Below, piece after piece: positions 26,550 through 38,700 of a stretch of DNA of 64,000 nucleotides. The DNA is from Vicugna vicugna. Lineage: Eukaryota. The stretch covers positions 5,405,515 through 5,469,514 of the forward strand of contig MU058824.1 of assembly GCA_013265495.1 (NCBI GenBank), given 5' to 3'. Under the pieces are notes generated by a model. The model did not search any database. It saw nothing but the letters and a program-made list of their open reading frames with translations, and was not told where the DNA came from. The first letter of the stretch is position 1. Each line of letters opens with the position of its first letter. A program made the position numbers and the translations under genes.

Positions 26550-27450
26550 TGGAAAGTGGAGACCAAACAAAATAGAAAAATATCAACTTGAGGAAATAGA
26601 AAAAAAATGCTATCATTGATATATTTAGAGATTTAGATAAAACTATTGCAGCCATGAAACAAGAACAAAATACTATCAATAAGGATCATTCAGAGAGCAA
26701 ATATCAGCTCTTAGAAATTAAAACATCACAGCAGAAGTTAAAAAAAGTAAACCATATAGAGTTTGGAAGACAGATTCAAGGAGTCTTCCAGAAAGAAAAG
26801 CACAAAGAAAGAGAAACCAAGAGAGGAAGGAAGTCCAATATCCAAAAATAGCTGTTCCAGAAGGCAGCAACAGAGAAAGCAGGATGTCATAAATAAATAA
26901 CTCAAGGCAAATTTCCGGAACTGAAAGACATGAGTTGCTAGATTGAAAGGGCCGACCTAGAACCCAGGAAATGGATGTAAATAGAGTGTACCATCATTAG
27001 GGCCCTATGCCTAGTGAAAAAAATTCTCCAAGTTTCCAGAGAGAAGAAGAAAGAAAATCAGGAAACAAGAATTAGAATGGCTGTGCACATTTCCAAAGAA
27101 TGCCAGAAGCAAAGGGCAATGAAGCCATGCCTTCTAATTTCTGAAGGAAAATTATTTCTAAATTTTAATTCTATACCTAGCCAAACTATTGATAAAATGT
27201 CAGTAATAATGATGTTTTCCAGATATTCAAGGTCTCAGAAAACCTTCTCTCTCATACACGATACACACTTTTAAAAGAAACTCTTGGAGAACTCGCTCCA
27301 ACAAAGGAAGACTAAGTGACACAGAATATAGGGAGTAAGAGATTCAGCACAGGAATGGTCTGACGTCCAATCCCTAGAAAGACAGTGAAGGGAGAGCCCA
27401 GGATGAGAGACTCTGCCGGCTGCAGAAGGATACTGGTCCAGAGTGGAGCA
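26550..27450 (+). mobile_element. Ancient HAL1 / L1 ORF1-like fragment
   Basis: A-rich decayed ORF1-like coding pieces (MKQEQNTINKDHSESKYQLLEIK; KKILQVSREKK...RIRMA). Confidence 0.6.
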
Positions 27451-28469
27451 GGGTGACTTAAGAGAGCTGTCATCACAAAGTGCCACAGCACCATCTTTTT
27501 ATCTGAGGACAGAATGCTGGGCAGCCTGACCCGATTCTCATCTGTGCTCTCTTGTCCTCGCCTCCATGTGCTGATGAAGTTCCTGCTTCCTTCCCTTCCT
27601 GCTCTGCTGCCTGGATTAGCTGTTCATTCTACCTCGTAGGAGTATTCTGTTTTTACCTCTTGGTGGGAGACCCTGTGGAACTATCAAATGAGAGAGGTGG
27701 GGGAGGGAGGGAGGAGGAAGATTAGTGTTACATGGAACACAGTTTTCAAACATTCTCTAATTGAGACATTTGAATTTCACTCAAAAAAATTTTAAATTGC
27801 TTGGCTGTGTTTTTCATCATGGCAGACAAAGGGGTCTTGACAACAGGATTTTAAATGTCTTGATTAAATACTATACTGGATAATTCAGTTGTTAGACCTT
27901 GTCATAGACATTTGTCACTTGCTGTTCTACCAGCATCTAAGTTCTCGTCTTCTGTAGGGAGAATCCCATGCCATGAATGTTGGTGGGAAGCAGAACTCCA
28001 TGGATCTTGAGAGAGACTTAAAGGAGCAAATATTTCCTCTCCCATCCCCTAAAGCCTAGGCTGTAGGTATCTAACGTAGTCTTAGCACCTGTCTCTAAGC
28101 AGTGATACAGACTTGAAGGTAGTTATTACGTCACTCACACCACAGTGGTGGTAGAGGAGGTGCCTCAGTGGCTACATCTTGGTTGGACTCCAGATCCTCT
28201 GGGGCGTGGCCCTGGCTGCACTCCCGAGGGCCTAGCTTCCCTTGCTTGGTTTCTGCTTATCCATCTGTAATCTGCACTGGGTTCTCCTTGATTCTGTGTT
28301 TCCCAAGGCCTTTTGATAAGAGTATCTTCTACTAAGACTTAAAATAAAAAAGAATGTAAATGCAGTTAATCCATTCATCTTTCTAGTTTGTTTACATGTA
28401 ACATCTCTTAATTTTGATATCTCCCCAGTAATTAGTATGTTATATATATTATGTCTTCTTTTTCTACTT

Positions 28470-28945
28470 GATCTGACAAATTACCCTAAACTCTATGACT
28501 TAAAACAGCATAAACATATTATCTTACAGTTTTGGAGGCCGCAAATACAAAATGGGTCTTATGGACTAAAATCAAGGTGTTGGCAGGATGCCATTTCTTC
28601 TGGAGACTCTAGGGAGAGTCCGTTCCTTGTCTTTTCCAGCTTCTTAGAGGCTGCCTGCATCCCCTAGCTCGAGGAATGGTGTCCTTCCCCCATATCCTCG
28701 GGCAATGATGTCATTCTAACTTCCTTTTCTGCCTTCACGTCTTTCTGTGCTTCTGACTCTCCTCCCTCACCCTTTCCCTTCTAAGGACACTTGTGATTTC
28801 GTTGAGATGACCTAAATAATCCAGGACATCCTCTCCATCTCAAGAGCATTAATCACATCTGCCAAGATCCTTTTGCTGATAAGGTAACATATTTAGAGTT
28901 TCTGTGGATTAATACTTTGACGGGCCATTATTCTGTCTACTGCAA
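28470..28945 (-). mobile_element. MaLR solo LTR (MLT1-like)
   Basis: acaaattaccctaaact...ttaaaacagca...aaatcaaggtgttggcagg...aaggtaacatattt...gggccattatt motifs. Confidence 0.75.
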
Positions 28946-30599
28946 TGTCACAATAATTTTGAACCACTTTTTAAAAACTTTTCACAATTTCTAAGTTATT
29001 AGGTGATCAAAATTTAAAAAAGGAAGAATGCTTTAGTCTTTAATAATTTGCCTTTTAATCTAATTTTGAGAAACTAAATAAGCACACAGCCATGTGAGAC
29101 CTTTTTATTTTTGAATATGAGGTGATTTTTAAAAATTCAGAAGTGCTTTTTGAAACTAGAAAATGAGCATTTATCATTTCAAACATTAAGTTTATCTAAA
29201 TGACCACAACTTGACATACAGTGGGCAAACTAAACACTTATCTAGCGTTGATTAGAGAAAGTACTCTCTGAAAGGCTGGGCAGAAAGAAAATCAAAAAAA
29301 GATATGCTCCTTATTCCTGAAGAACATATCATTTAGTTGACAAGATCACAAAAGAGGCCATGTCCTCAGCAACTGGGGAAAATGGAACCATTGATAAATT
29401 CCAGCTGTGTAGTGGCTGGGAGAATGTGGGTTCCTGGAGGTGTCCCTGCCAGCCACTGGGTTAATGTGTACTCTGTGCCTTTTATCATTTTAGAGGCTAT
29501 TCAAATGGCTGTAAATGAATATAGTCCCTTGAGGAGTTTATAACTCCGGAGATTGTAGACTCAGTGGAATTTCAGTGCCGGCAAATACACAGATGAATTA
29601 CTAAAAATACACATCACAGCATGTACAACTGACCTTGGGCAAATGCTTTGCCATAAAGGGTTCTGGATATGTGACAGAGGCTACCAACAGAGCATCAGCC
29701 AGGCTTGTGGGTAGCTTAGATTCGGGCAAGACACAGAAAGGATATACATTTCTTATTTTAGTCAGAAAAACTAGTATTTCCTAAGTGTTTACTGTGTCCT
29801 TCATGCATTCAACATATTTTCTCATGGTATCCTTGCAATAAATCCTGCTTTAACGGATGAGGAGACAGGCTTAACCAAGGTGAGTGACTTAGCTAAATTG
29901 ATTGAATGCCTTTATAAATGGCAGAGGTAAGATTCAAACCTAGGTCTGTTTGAGACTTTCCACACATCCTGTCTCAGACAACGTGTGTCTTAAAGAGCCC
30001 CCAAATTGACTGAGTCTAAATGATTTTGGAGAATAAAATATTTCATGACATAGTGATTTTTCTGTATACCTTAAAAAATTATAGGAAACATTTTTCTTTC
30101 TATTGTCTTGACTCCTTGGAAGGACGGTTAAGATTGTAATATGTCCAGGGCTCTGATTCAGATTCAAGACAGTCATCTCAATGGCTTTTTCCCTGGGGCA
30201 GGCCAGGTCTCTCGCAGTTTTTGTTTTAGAACGACTATGGTTTCTGTAGGGTTTGTCTCCCCAAGTCTTGAGTGTTGGAAGCTCTCAAGTTCTCCTAAGA
30301 ACCAGTTCATGATTTCCCACCTGGCTGGTAAGCAGAAGAAACACTCTCCTCTCCATGGACCTAATCCAGGGAGTGCACACCTGGGATAGAATGAATGCCT
30401 GTGACAAGGGGAATTTTAGAGATTATCAGTTCTAAGCATCTTGTATTTAATTGGTGAGGTAACTGGTATTTAGAGGTGGCCTGTGACTGTCTGCGTGGTT
30501 TCAGAGCTAGACCCTGAGCCCGGGTCTCTGTCTTCAAGCCAACACAGTTCCTTTTGCTTTGCAGGACTGGGAACCAAGAGAGAGGGCTGGCTGTCATCC

Positions 30600-30681
30600 C
30601 CTTCCTTCTTTCCTTCCTTCCTTCCTTCCTTCCTTCCTTCCTTCCTTCCTTCCTTCCTTCCTTCCTTCCTTCCTTCCTTCC
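30600..30681 (+). repeat. (TTCC)n microsatellite
   Basis: About 20 near-perfect TTCC units. Confidence 0.97.
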
Positions 30682-31127
30682 ATCTTTCCATTTCTGTTGA
30701 GTGCAGAGGTAAAGGCACAAGGGGTTAGGGGGTTTTGTTTCAAGGCACAGAAGGAAAGAAAGACAACCAGAGGCATATGGCCTGGTCACTAGTGACTCCC
30801 TTGTGAGGCAAGAAGTAACATTCTTTCCCTCAAAACACATGAATAAACAAGACCTTAATCTAAGACACTTGGAATATTTAATGCAAAGCACTCACTATCT
30901 GTTAGGTTTGTTTTTTTTTTAAATAAGCAACCAAGTAGGCAAAAGACTTAGGAAATTAATAACTGGTCTTAGGGGCAAAGAGCTATTCATGTGTGTCAAT
31001 TACATAAAGGAATACAAATCACATAATGACTCATCAGAACATAAATTTAGAAAACTTAGTTGAGATGGCTTTTTTCCTTCTGATATTATACTTATAAAAG
31101 TATCATATGTATCTTGTGAAAAACCCA

Positions 31128-31297
31128 GTTTTTTCCTTTTTTCTTTCCTTTCTCCCTCTCTTTCTTTTTTCTTTCTCCCTTTCTCCCTTTCTCCCTTTCT
31201 CCCTTTCTTTCTTTCTCCCTTTCTTTCTTTCTTCCTTCCTTCCTTCCTTCCTTCCTTCCTTCCTTCCTTTCTTTCTTTCTTTCTTTCTTTCTTTTTT

Positions 31298-31329
<32 letters not shown>

Positions 31330-31331
31330 TC
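31128..31331 (+). repeat. Compound polypyrimidine repeat (TTTCTCCC / TTCC / TTTC)
   Basis: About 200 bp of essentially pure C/T. Confidence 0.95.
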
Positions 31332-31363
31332 ACTTAACTCACTCATGTTTTCCATTAAATCAC

Positions 31364-31842
31364 TGTTGTGGGTTGACTTGCATCCTCCCCCCCCGCATCC
31401 CCAAAGATATGTTGAAATCCTAAACTTTACTATTGGTGAGTGTGGCCTTACTTGGAAAGAGGGTCTTTGTGGATGTATTTAAATTAAGATGAGGTCATAC
31501 CTGGCTAGGGTGATCCCTAATCGAGTGTGACTAGCGTCCTTATCAGAAGAGGAGAGGAGAAGGCAGAGAGACAGCAGAAGGGAGAATAGCATGTGGTGAC
31601 GGAGTCTGAGATTACAGTGCTGCAGCTACAGAGTTGAGGGACGCCAAGGATCCCCAGCAACACCAGAAACTAAGAGGAAGGCATGGAATACGTTCACCCT
31701 CAGAGCCTTTAGAGAGAGCCTGGCCCTGCCAACTCCTTGCTTTTGGACTTCCAGCCTCCAAAACTGACAGTGAATAAATTTGACTTGTTTTAAGCCACTT
31801 AGTTTGTGGTAATTTGTTACAGTTGGCCTAGGAAACAAATAC
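31364..31842 (+). mobile_element. MaLR solo LTR (MLT1-like)
   Basis: TG...CA ends, aagatatgttgaaatcctaa, taagatgaggtcatac, aataaattt...gttttaagccac...gtaatttgttacag. Confidence 0.85.
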
Positions 31843-32117
31843 AGACCCCAGGCATTTCTAGAATGTCTTCTACAGCCAGAAGCTTGGAGTAGCATGCATG
31901 GTGTGGAAGAGAGAACCAAATAGGTGCATATACCAATTGTTTACCTGACTCACAGTCTAGCAGCTCAGTTAGGAACCTTGGTGATCCCCCCATTCAGAGC
32001 GATGTCCACTTCTCAGAATAGCAGTCAAGGACAAGTGACATCCATATGTTACACTTCCAATGCAGGACGTGATAGCAGGAAACACCATGGGGAGAGGAAA
32101 TGTTACTGTCTTTAGAT

Positions 32118-32254
32118 GGAGGAGGGTATAGCTCAGTGGCAGACTGCATGCTTAGCATGCACGAGGTCCTGGGTTCTATCCCCAGTACCTTCATTAAATA
32201 AACAAACAAACAAACAAACAAACCAAATTACCTCCTCTCCCAGAAAAAAAATAA
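32118..32254 (+). mobile_element. tRNA-derived SINE, camelid Vic-1-like
   Basis: A box TAGCTCAGTGG, B box GGTTCTATCC, then (AAAC)n, aattacctcc and an A tail. Confidence 0.88.
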
Positions 32255-34889
32255 GTTTTTAGAATTAGGCAATAACTGAAATCAGGCTCGGAGAACTGAG
32301 GCCAGAATTCTAAATTACTGAAGAACAACTATAATATCTAGGGTTCTGTTTTGAGTTATTTTGGGGTTCTTAGCCAAGAGGCAGAAGACTGAAGAAATCA
32401 AATAGAAGGGAGTAAGATAGTTCTGTCTGAAAATAAATTCTAGCTGAGATTCAAGGCGAAAATGTGGTGCAGAGATCACTAGTTCCCAAGGACCCACATC
32501 ATGGTGCGTTTCTCCATCGTCCCTCTCATACACAGTAAATTCCTACCATCTTGGCTTGAATTAAGCTGTGACATTTCCCCAGCTCTTATTTCATATAAAG
32601 AGTTGACCTGGTAACAAGAAAGGAGGGGACCCACAGTGGCTCTGCTTTTTGTGACAGTGAACTTACCCAGGCTGATCTTGTCCTCCGAAGCCCGGTTCCA
32701 ACCATTTGGTGTGTGGACTTTGGAGAACATAAAGAGAAGAGGAAGACGGAGGAAGAGACAGTGGAAAGTCTGGCGTGGGAGGGAGCAGCAAGGAACAGTC
32801 ACAGTGGGATGAGGAGGTGGTTTGTACCCGCCCAGTGGTGCTCGCACCTTGATAGAGCCTGACTTGAATACTTCCCAACCTACACTTTGTAAGGTAACTA
32901 TGGGCTGCTTCGATTTTAAGATCAGCTGCTCACTAATGGATAATTTAATTTTAGCAGCCCTTGATTTTGAAGTTTATATGTCTAATGGAAACAGCCAAAT
33001 TGGCCGGACAGGAGGCAGCATGCTACAGTTGAAGGCACCGAAGACCTGTGTCAGGGATATGTCTAGGTCAGTGTTCCTCAACTTTTTTTTTCCATTATCA
33101 TTTCACTAAAGAGTCATTTAGGCATGTTTTCCTAGTTGCCTCCCACATGAAATTTTAATACCACCAATATCTTAGAAATCTGTTTATAGGCTGTAGGCAT
33201 GTCTATGCTTTGTGTATTTAAAAAGTAAGATCCCCTCTTCCTCTTCAAGAAGCAGTTTCTCCCACCTGGGGCCAGTACTGCCCTATTGAGAATTCCTGCT
33301 TTAGACGAGGACTGACTGGGACCTAGGAGTCCTCGGGAGCTGGGGCAGAAGTCACTGGGTACAGCATTGCCTGGAGAGCATGGCCTTAGAGATCTGACAG
33401 ACCCACCTTGAATTCCACCTCTGCCTCTTCCTAGCTGTGCCCTCGAGTAATTTACATAACTTATTTTGAGTTTTCTTTCCTCATCTATCTTACCTATATT
33501 AAGAGCGATTTAGATGAAAAGGTAAAGAACATTAAGTGCTTTGCATGTTGCTCAACACCTAGTCTGTGGTCAAAGTGGACCTTCTTTCTAGCTCTTTGCT
33601 GGGCTGTTGTCCAGTCCCCTGTGTACACCATCAATGAACAGGGTATGTAGCAGTGACGTCGGGGAGTCAGACAACTGTGAGCCGTTCATTTGCAGTTTTC
33701 CTCCTTGAAGCACTTTTCCATAACAATCATGCTGACCTTCTCTAGTGGGATTTCCTGGGCCTGGGTGGCCCAGATCCACAGGGGGTGGCGGGGGGCCGGG
33801 GGCACACTCTGCTTTTGCTTTTCTGACCTGCCTGTTTGTACTGCCAGGAAGAGGGTGAAGGCTGCTGCTGGCTTCCCGATGCTCAGTGCTCGGGACAGAC
33901 AGAGCAAGGATGTGAGAGCCTCTCCAGGGAATTCAAGAAGCCAGATGGGAGAAGTACATGAAGAAACAACAACAAAAAAAGGAGTCATAAGCCTTCAAAG
34001 TTTTAAGGATCCACGCGCAAATGAAGAAAATTTGTCTTCAGTCGTGGTTTCTAAGCATAATGTGACTCCCTGTCTGGGCAGAGAGAGAAGAAAAGAGAAA
34101 AAGACAAAAGTGATTGAGGAACTCTTCTAAGGAGATGAATGAAAGAGGGAAGATGTTTCCTTTACCGGTGCTGATGGCACTTGGGATAAAGTTGAGAATG
34201 GTGGTTTGTTTCTAAATGAAGTTTTTAAGATAATCCACTCTGAACTTTTAGGAGAGGAGGATGGTGCAGTTGCATAAGCCAGGGCTTCTGCTTTTCTTTT
34301 ACCTCTGGGGCATCTGAATTTTTGCCATGTTACAGGTCCGATAGGCTAAGACCTGAAAGGGCTTGAAGGTAACGACTCCAGCTTTTTGACAAATTCTTTG
34401 AGAAAGCTGACATCCTCCTCCCCGCAAGAGGTTTATCACTTACCCAAGGTCATAGCTAGTGAGTAGCAGATTGACATACCTCGGGTTCCTAACTTCAGAT
34501 CTGCTGGTCTTTTTGCTCCAAGTTAGCAGTTGTACGGCCAGGACCGAGAAAGAGCGCAGAATGTGGATACAGCTGATTTGGATGGAAATCCTAGCTCTTC
34601 CCTTTATCAATCCTGTGGCTTTAGAAAAACCATGTAACCAGCTTTTCTCAGCTCAATAATAGCACTTGGAAGAGCAAATTTCTGCTTGTCATGAGGAGCA
34701 AGCATGTTGGCGCATAGGAGGTGCTCCATCGACAGGACCTCATATCGAACTCCAAATCCAAGTCTCTCGGGTCCCAGTGTGTGGGCCCCATTGACCACAC
34801 AGCCTGCAAAATGGGTCTAATCCTCTCTAACACATGAGATGCCAAGAAATCCTAAACTCTCAATTTTTATCATGTGAATTTTGTGCAGC

Positions 34890-35781
34890 ATCACTCATTA
34901 TAAGAAAAATACAGGTTAAAACAATTATACTGTCTCACTTTTACTATTGGTTGGCAAGTGCTTGGGGAAACAGGCATACTCATAGTTTGGGATATTAATT
35001 GGTATCACCTCTTTGGAGAATAATTTGGCAATACCTAATTTAAAATGCACTTATTCTTTATTAACCCCCCTGTTTCACTTTTACAGATTTTTTCACACAC
35101 ATCCAAAATGTGTATCATTGCAGCATTATCTGCTACAGCAAAGTTTGCACAGGAACAAAATATACATTTAAAAAAACAGGACAAGTAAATAGTGGTGTGT
35201 CTGTATGATGGAATATTATGCAGCCATCAAGATGAACTGGCTCTACATATACTGTTACAGAACCATTTTTAAGAAGTATTGATAAATGTAAAAGAAAGAT
35301 ACAGACTAGTAAGTGTAATATGATACGGCTTGTGATATATAGAATGTAGATACATATGTGCTTATATATGTGCTTACCTGGGGAAGGATCCAGAAGAAAT
35401 TCAGAAGAGGAAAACTGGGGAACTGGGAGAGAAGAGTCAGAACGAGATTGCCATTTGGAATACTCTTCGGAACCTTTTGAGATTTGCTCCATGTACAGTA
35501 TTACCTTTTAAAAGGGACACAAATGAACTTATCTACAAAGCAGAAACAGACTCACAGACACAGAGAACAAACTTACGGTTACCAGGGGTTAAAGGGGTGG
35601 GAAGGGATAAATTGGGAATTCAAAAATTGCACCTCTTGGGGAGTGATGGAAATGTTAGCTATCTTGATTGTGGTAGTGGTTTCAATGATGTATACATCTA
35701 TCAAAATTCACCAAACTATACATCTGAAATAGTGTAGTTTACTATACAGGAACCATACCAAAATAAAGGTGTTAAAAAAAT
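34890..35781 (+). mobile_element. Old L1MC/ME 3' region with a younger L1 3'UTR piece at about 35510-35620
   Basis: tttggagaataatttggcaata, atggaatattatgcagccat, gatggaaatgtt..tatcttgattgtggtagtgg; nested aaatgaacttatctacaaagcagaaacagactcacagac. Confidence 0.65.
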
Positions 35782-38700
35782 TTAAAAAACCCCACAGAGC
35801 ATAAATAAAGCCCAGCCAAACAAATAAAATACTCGTGGACCCCGTACTGGCACAAACAGCCCTCCTGCCCATCTGTGTGAATCTGCTCGGCCTGTCTTCC
35901 TTGGCTCACTGGCCTCTTGGATTCTCACCTTGGCTCTCTCTTGACTCCCAGTAACCCACCACCAGCCTACTTTGTTCTGACAACCCATTTCAGACAGATT
36001 CCTCTGGCTTCCATCTCTGGTGCACTCTCTCGGGCATGATGCCATGAATGCTTTCTGGCTCTGCAGAGCTCAGCCTGCTGGAGCCTACCAGCTCCTGGCC
36101 AGGCAGCCAGGTCACTAGGAACATGCATCTCCTAGAAGCAGACACTGCCTAGGCACAAGGAGGGGACTGTCTATGTGGTCGTCCATTGTATGAATGTACT
36201 ACTAGGGCTGCCTGTGGTGACATTTTACCTCTGATTGGCCCAGGAGATCTTGGTGTCTTCACTCACATGTTTCTTCATTGGTTGATTTGTTGATTCGTTC
36301 ATTCATTCATTCAATACTTCTGAACCAGAGAAACAGAAGTGACGGTCCAATGGGATGAATATTAGGGGTGTGCCTGGGAATTTCATTTTCCTCTACTTTC
36401 CTTTTCCCTAACCCCATGGATAATTTAGATTTTATCATATCCTGATAGCACGAGACTTAATAGTTAAACTGATTGAACATGTTGCTTAAACAGTGTCAGC
36501 TTCTGGGAGTTACAGTTAAATGACTACCCTTCCCCCTCCCTGGAAAGGAGGTACAGTAAGGAGGCATTTAGTTTAATGACATTGCAGATAAGTCTTATTT
36601 TCCTTGGCTGATTTTTTTTGGAACCAGTAAAATCCTTATCATTGAGGCTTTTCATTGTTCTAATTTTTTCAGAGGGCATCTTGGGGAGAACAGTGAATGC
36701 CTGTAGGGTATCGACCACTTTCTGTCTATAGCCATCAGGGATCCTGGGTGAGTCAGAAGAGCTGCTGGGAACCCCATCAATATTGAAAATGCGTCTGACT
36801 TGATTAAGCTTCGGAAATACCTCCATTGATCCTATTCAAACATTTATCGAACACCTACCTCAGACACAGTATACGAATTGACTTTAGAAGAGTCACCTTC
36901 GTCCAAGGCCTGGGAGGGGAAGGCACACTGGGACACTAGGTCAGAAAAGAAAATTCCTCCTGGGAGGGGTGACTGAGGAATGGGCCTGCTCAGCTCCAAC
37001 CGGAAAAGGATCCAGGAGAAAAAATCACTAGGTCCTGAACACTGGCAGGGTTTATGGTCTCTGTTTTGAGGAAGGTGGTCTGACGTGAATGGCATCTGAG
37101 CAGGACAGGAAGTCTGGAGATGGCAGCAGGGACAGTCCCCAGGGAGGCAACTTCATCAGGTGGAGGCACCATCTTGAACAACCACAAAGGAAAAAGCAGT
37201 CCATTTCTTATGTTATCCTGCAGAAAATGTTCTTGAATGAGACAGCTTAACAGCATGGTATTTAAAAGTACACATTCTGGAGACAGACTGACTACCTGGG
37301 TTTTGATCTAGGCTCCACCTTTATGTTGGCAGTGAGGTCTCTAGACCTCACTGTCCTCATCTGTAAAATGGGGACCTGATAGTATCCACCACACAGGGTT
37401 GTTTGAGGACTGAGTAAAACACTAAGGTAGCTCCGGAACCATGGTAAGTACTCAAAAATGTAAACAGTTATTTTACTTGTGCTAAGTTTTGCCCTTTTGA
37501 AAATAACCATCTTCCACTGAGTGGAATTGTTAATTTGCCTAATTTTGAATCTTGTACTTGCAGGGGTAATAGGATTTTTGTGCTGCAAAATATCTATTTT
37601 TTTTTCTTTTTTGTGACTTTGCTCTGTTGTCTTTTCAACATCAAAACTCTAGGTTTTTTGATTTCAGAGGAATGATGCAAACAAAGGTAGCCACAGTCTG
37701 TAGACACAGTCTGGGGTTTGTTACTGAATGTGCATTTGCTCCTTAAATTCAGAGGGGAGCCTGTCGTCATTGGCTCAAAATGTCATAAAGAGGTTGCAGC
37801 TGAAAATCCCCAAGCTCTTGAATGACTTGTCTGAGATTTTTGCCCCTCTTTTATCTCAGGTACCATTAGTAATGTTGACTAAATCATTACCTCTCCAAAA
37901 GCCCGCCTAAATTATCTTTTACCTGAACTTGTGTGTTCACTGTACTGATCATTTGGAAATAACGTCCTCATGAAATACAAATTTCATGTTTATTTGAAAT
38001 GGCTTGCATTTGTGTACAAGCTGACGTCCGAGGAGACAAAGACCTTGTCAACAACAACAGAATTATGAGTTTGCCCTTAAAATAATGACAATTCGGAATA
38101 TACCTGTCAAATTCTGTCACTTGCAGAACTTCAGGACTCAACAAGTCATCAGCAGCCATGTCCTTTTTCCATCCCCACAATGCTTCCAGGCTTCTGATTT
38201 GAGCCTGAATCACTGTCAAATAAATTTAATTTTTGCAATCTGAGTGTAGTTCCAACCACATGGACCTACTCAGACTTTTGTAACAATTCATTTCTAAATG
38301 ATTTTCCCACAGTTCAGTTCAAGCTGAAAGTCAGATCTAACTGTTGTAGTAAAAAGAATTGTGCCGAGAAAAAAGCATTTTCCAAGAGCCCCTCAGAACC
38401 GGTTCTGTAAAGGATCTCCCTTAAGGCCACCGTGGGAGTGTTCAGTGAAAAATTATTATACTTTTTATGATTCTGTATTTTAGAAGTATTTTGTTTAAGT
38501 GGAACTGAGGGAATCATTTCAGTTATTTTAGCCAGCCCCATGCAGCGAGACAAAGGTCCCCTTCTAACTCATCTGCGGCCACTGCTCTCTCAGGAGCTGT
38601 GCGTCAGTTCCTCAGCAGCACCTCTAGATGGCAGTGCAGCCCAAGACAACGTTCTGCGTCCTGGCTTCCTCCCCTGCCCCCTTCCTGAGTTAGCAGCACA

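Noticed and set aside
30361..31355. GRKE/PSFL and KERK repeat ORFs
   Set aside because: Microsatellite translations
32118..32192. tRNA gene
   Set aside because: Followed by a SINE body and A tail, with a second diverged copy at 14.5 kb
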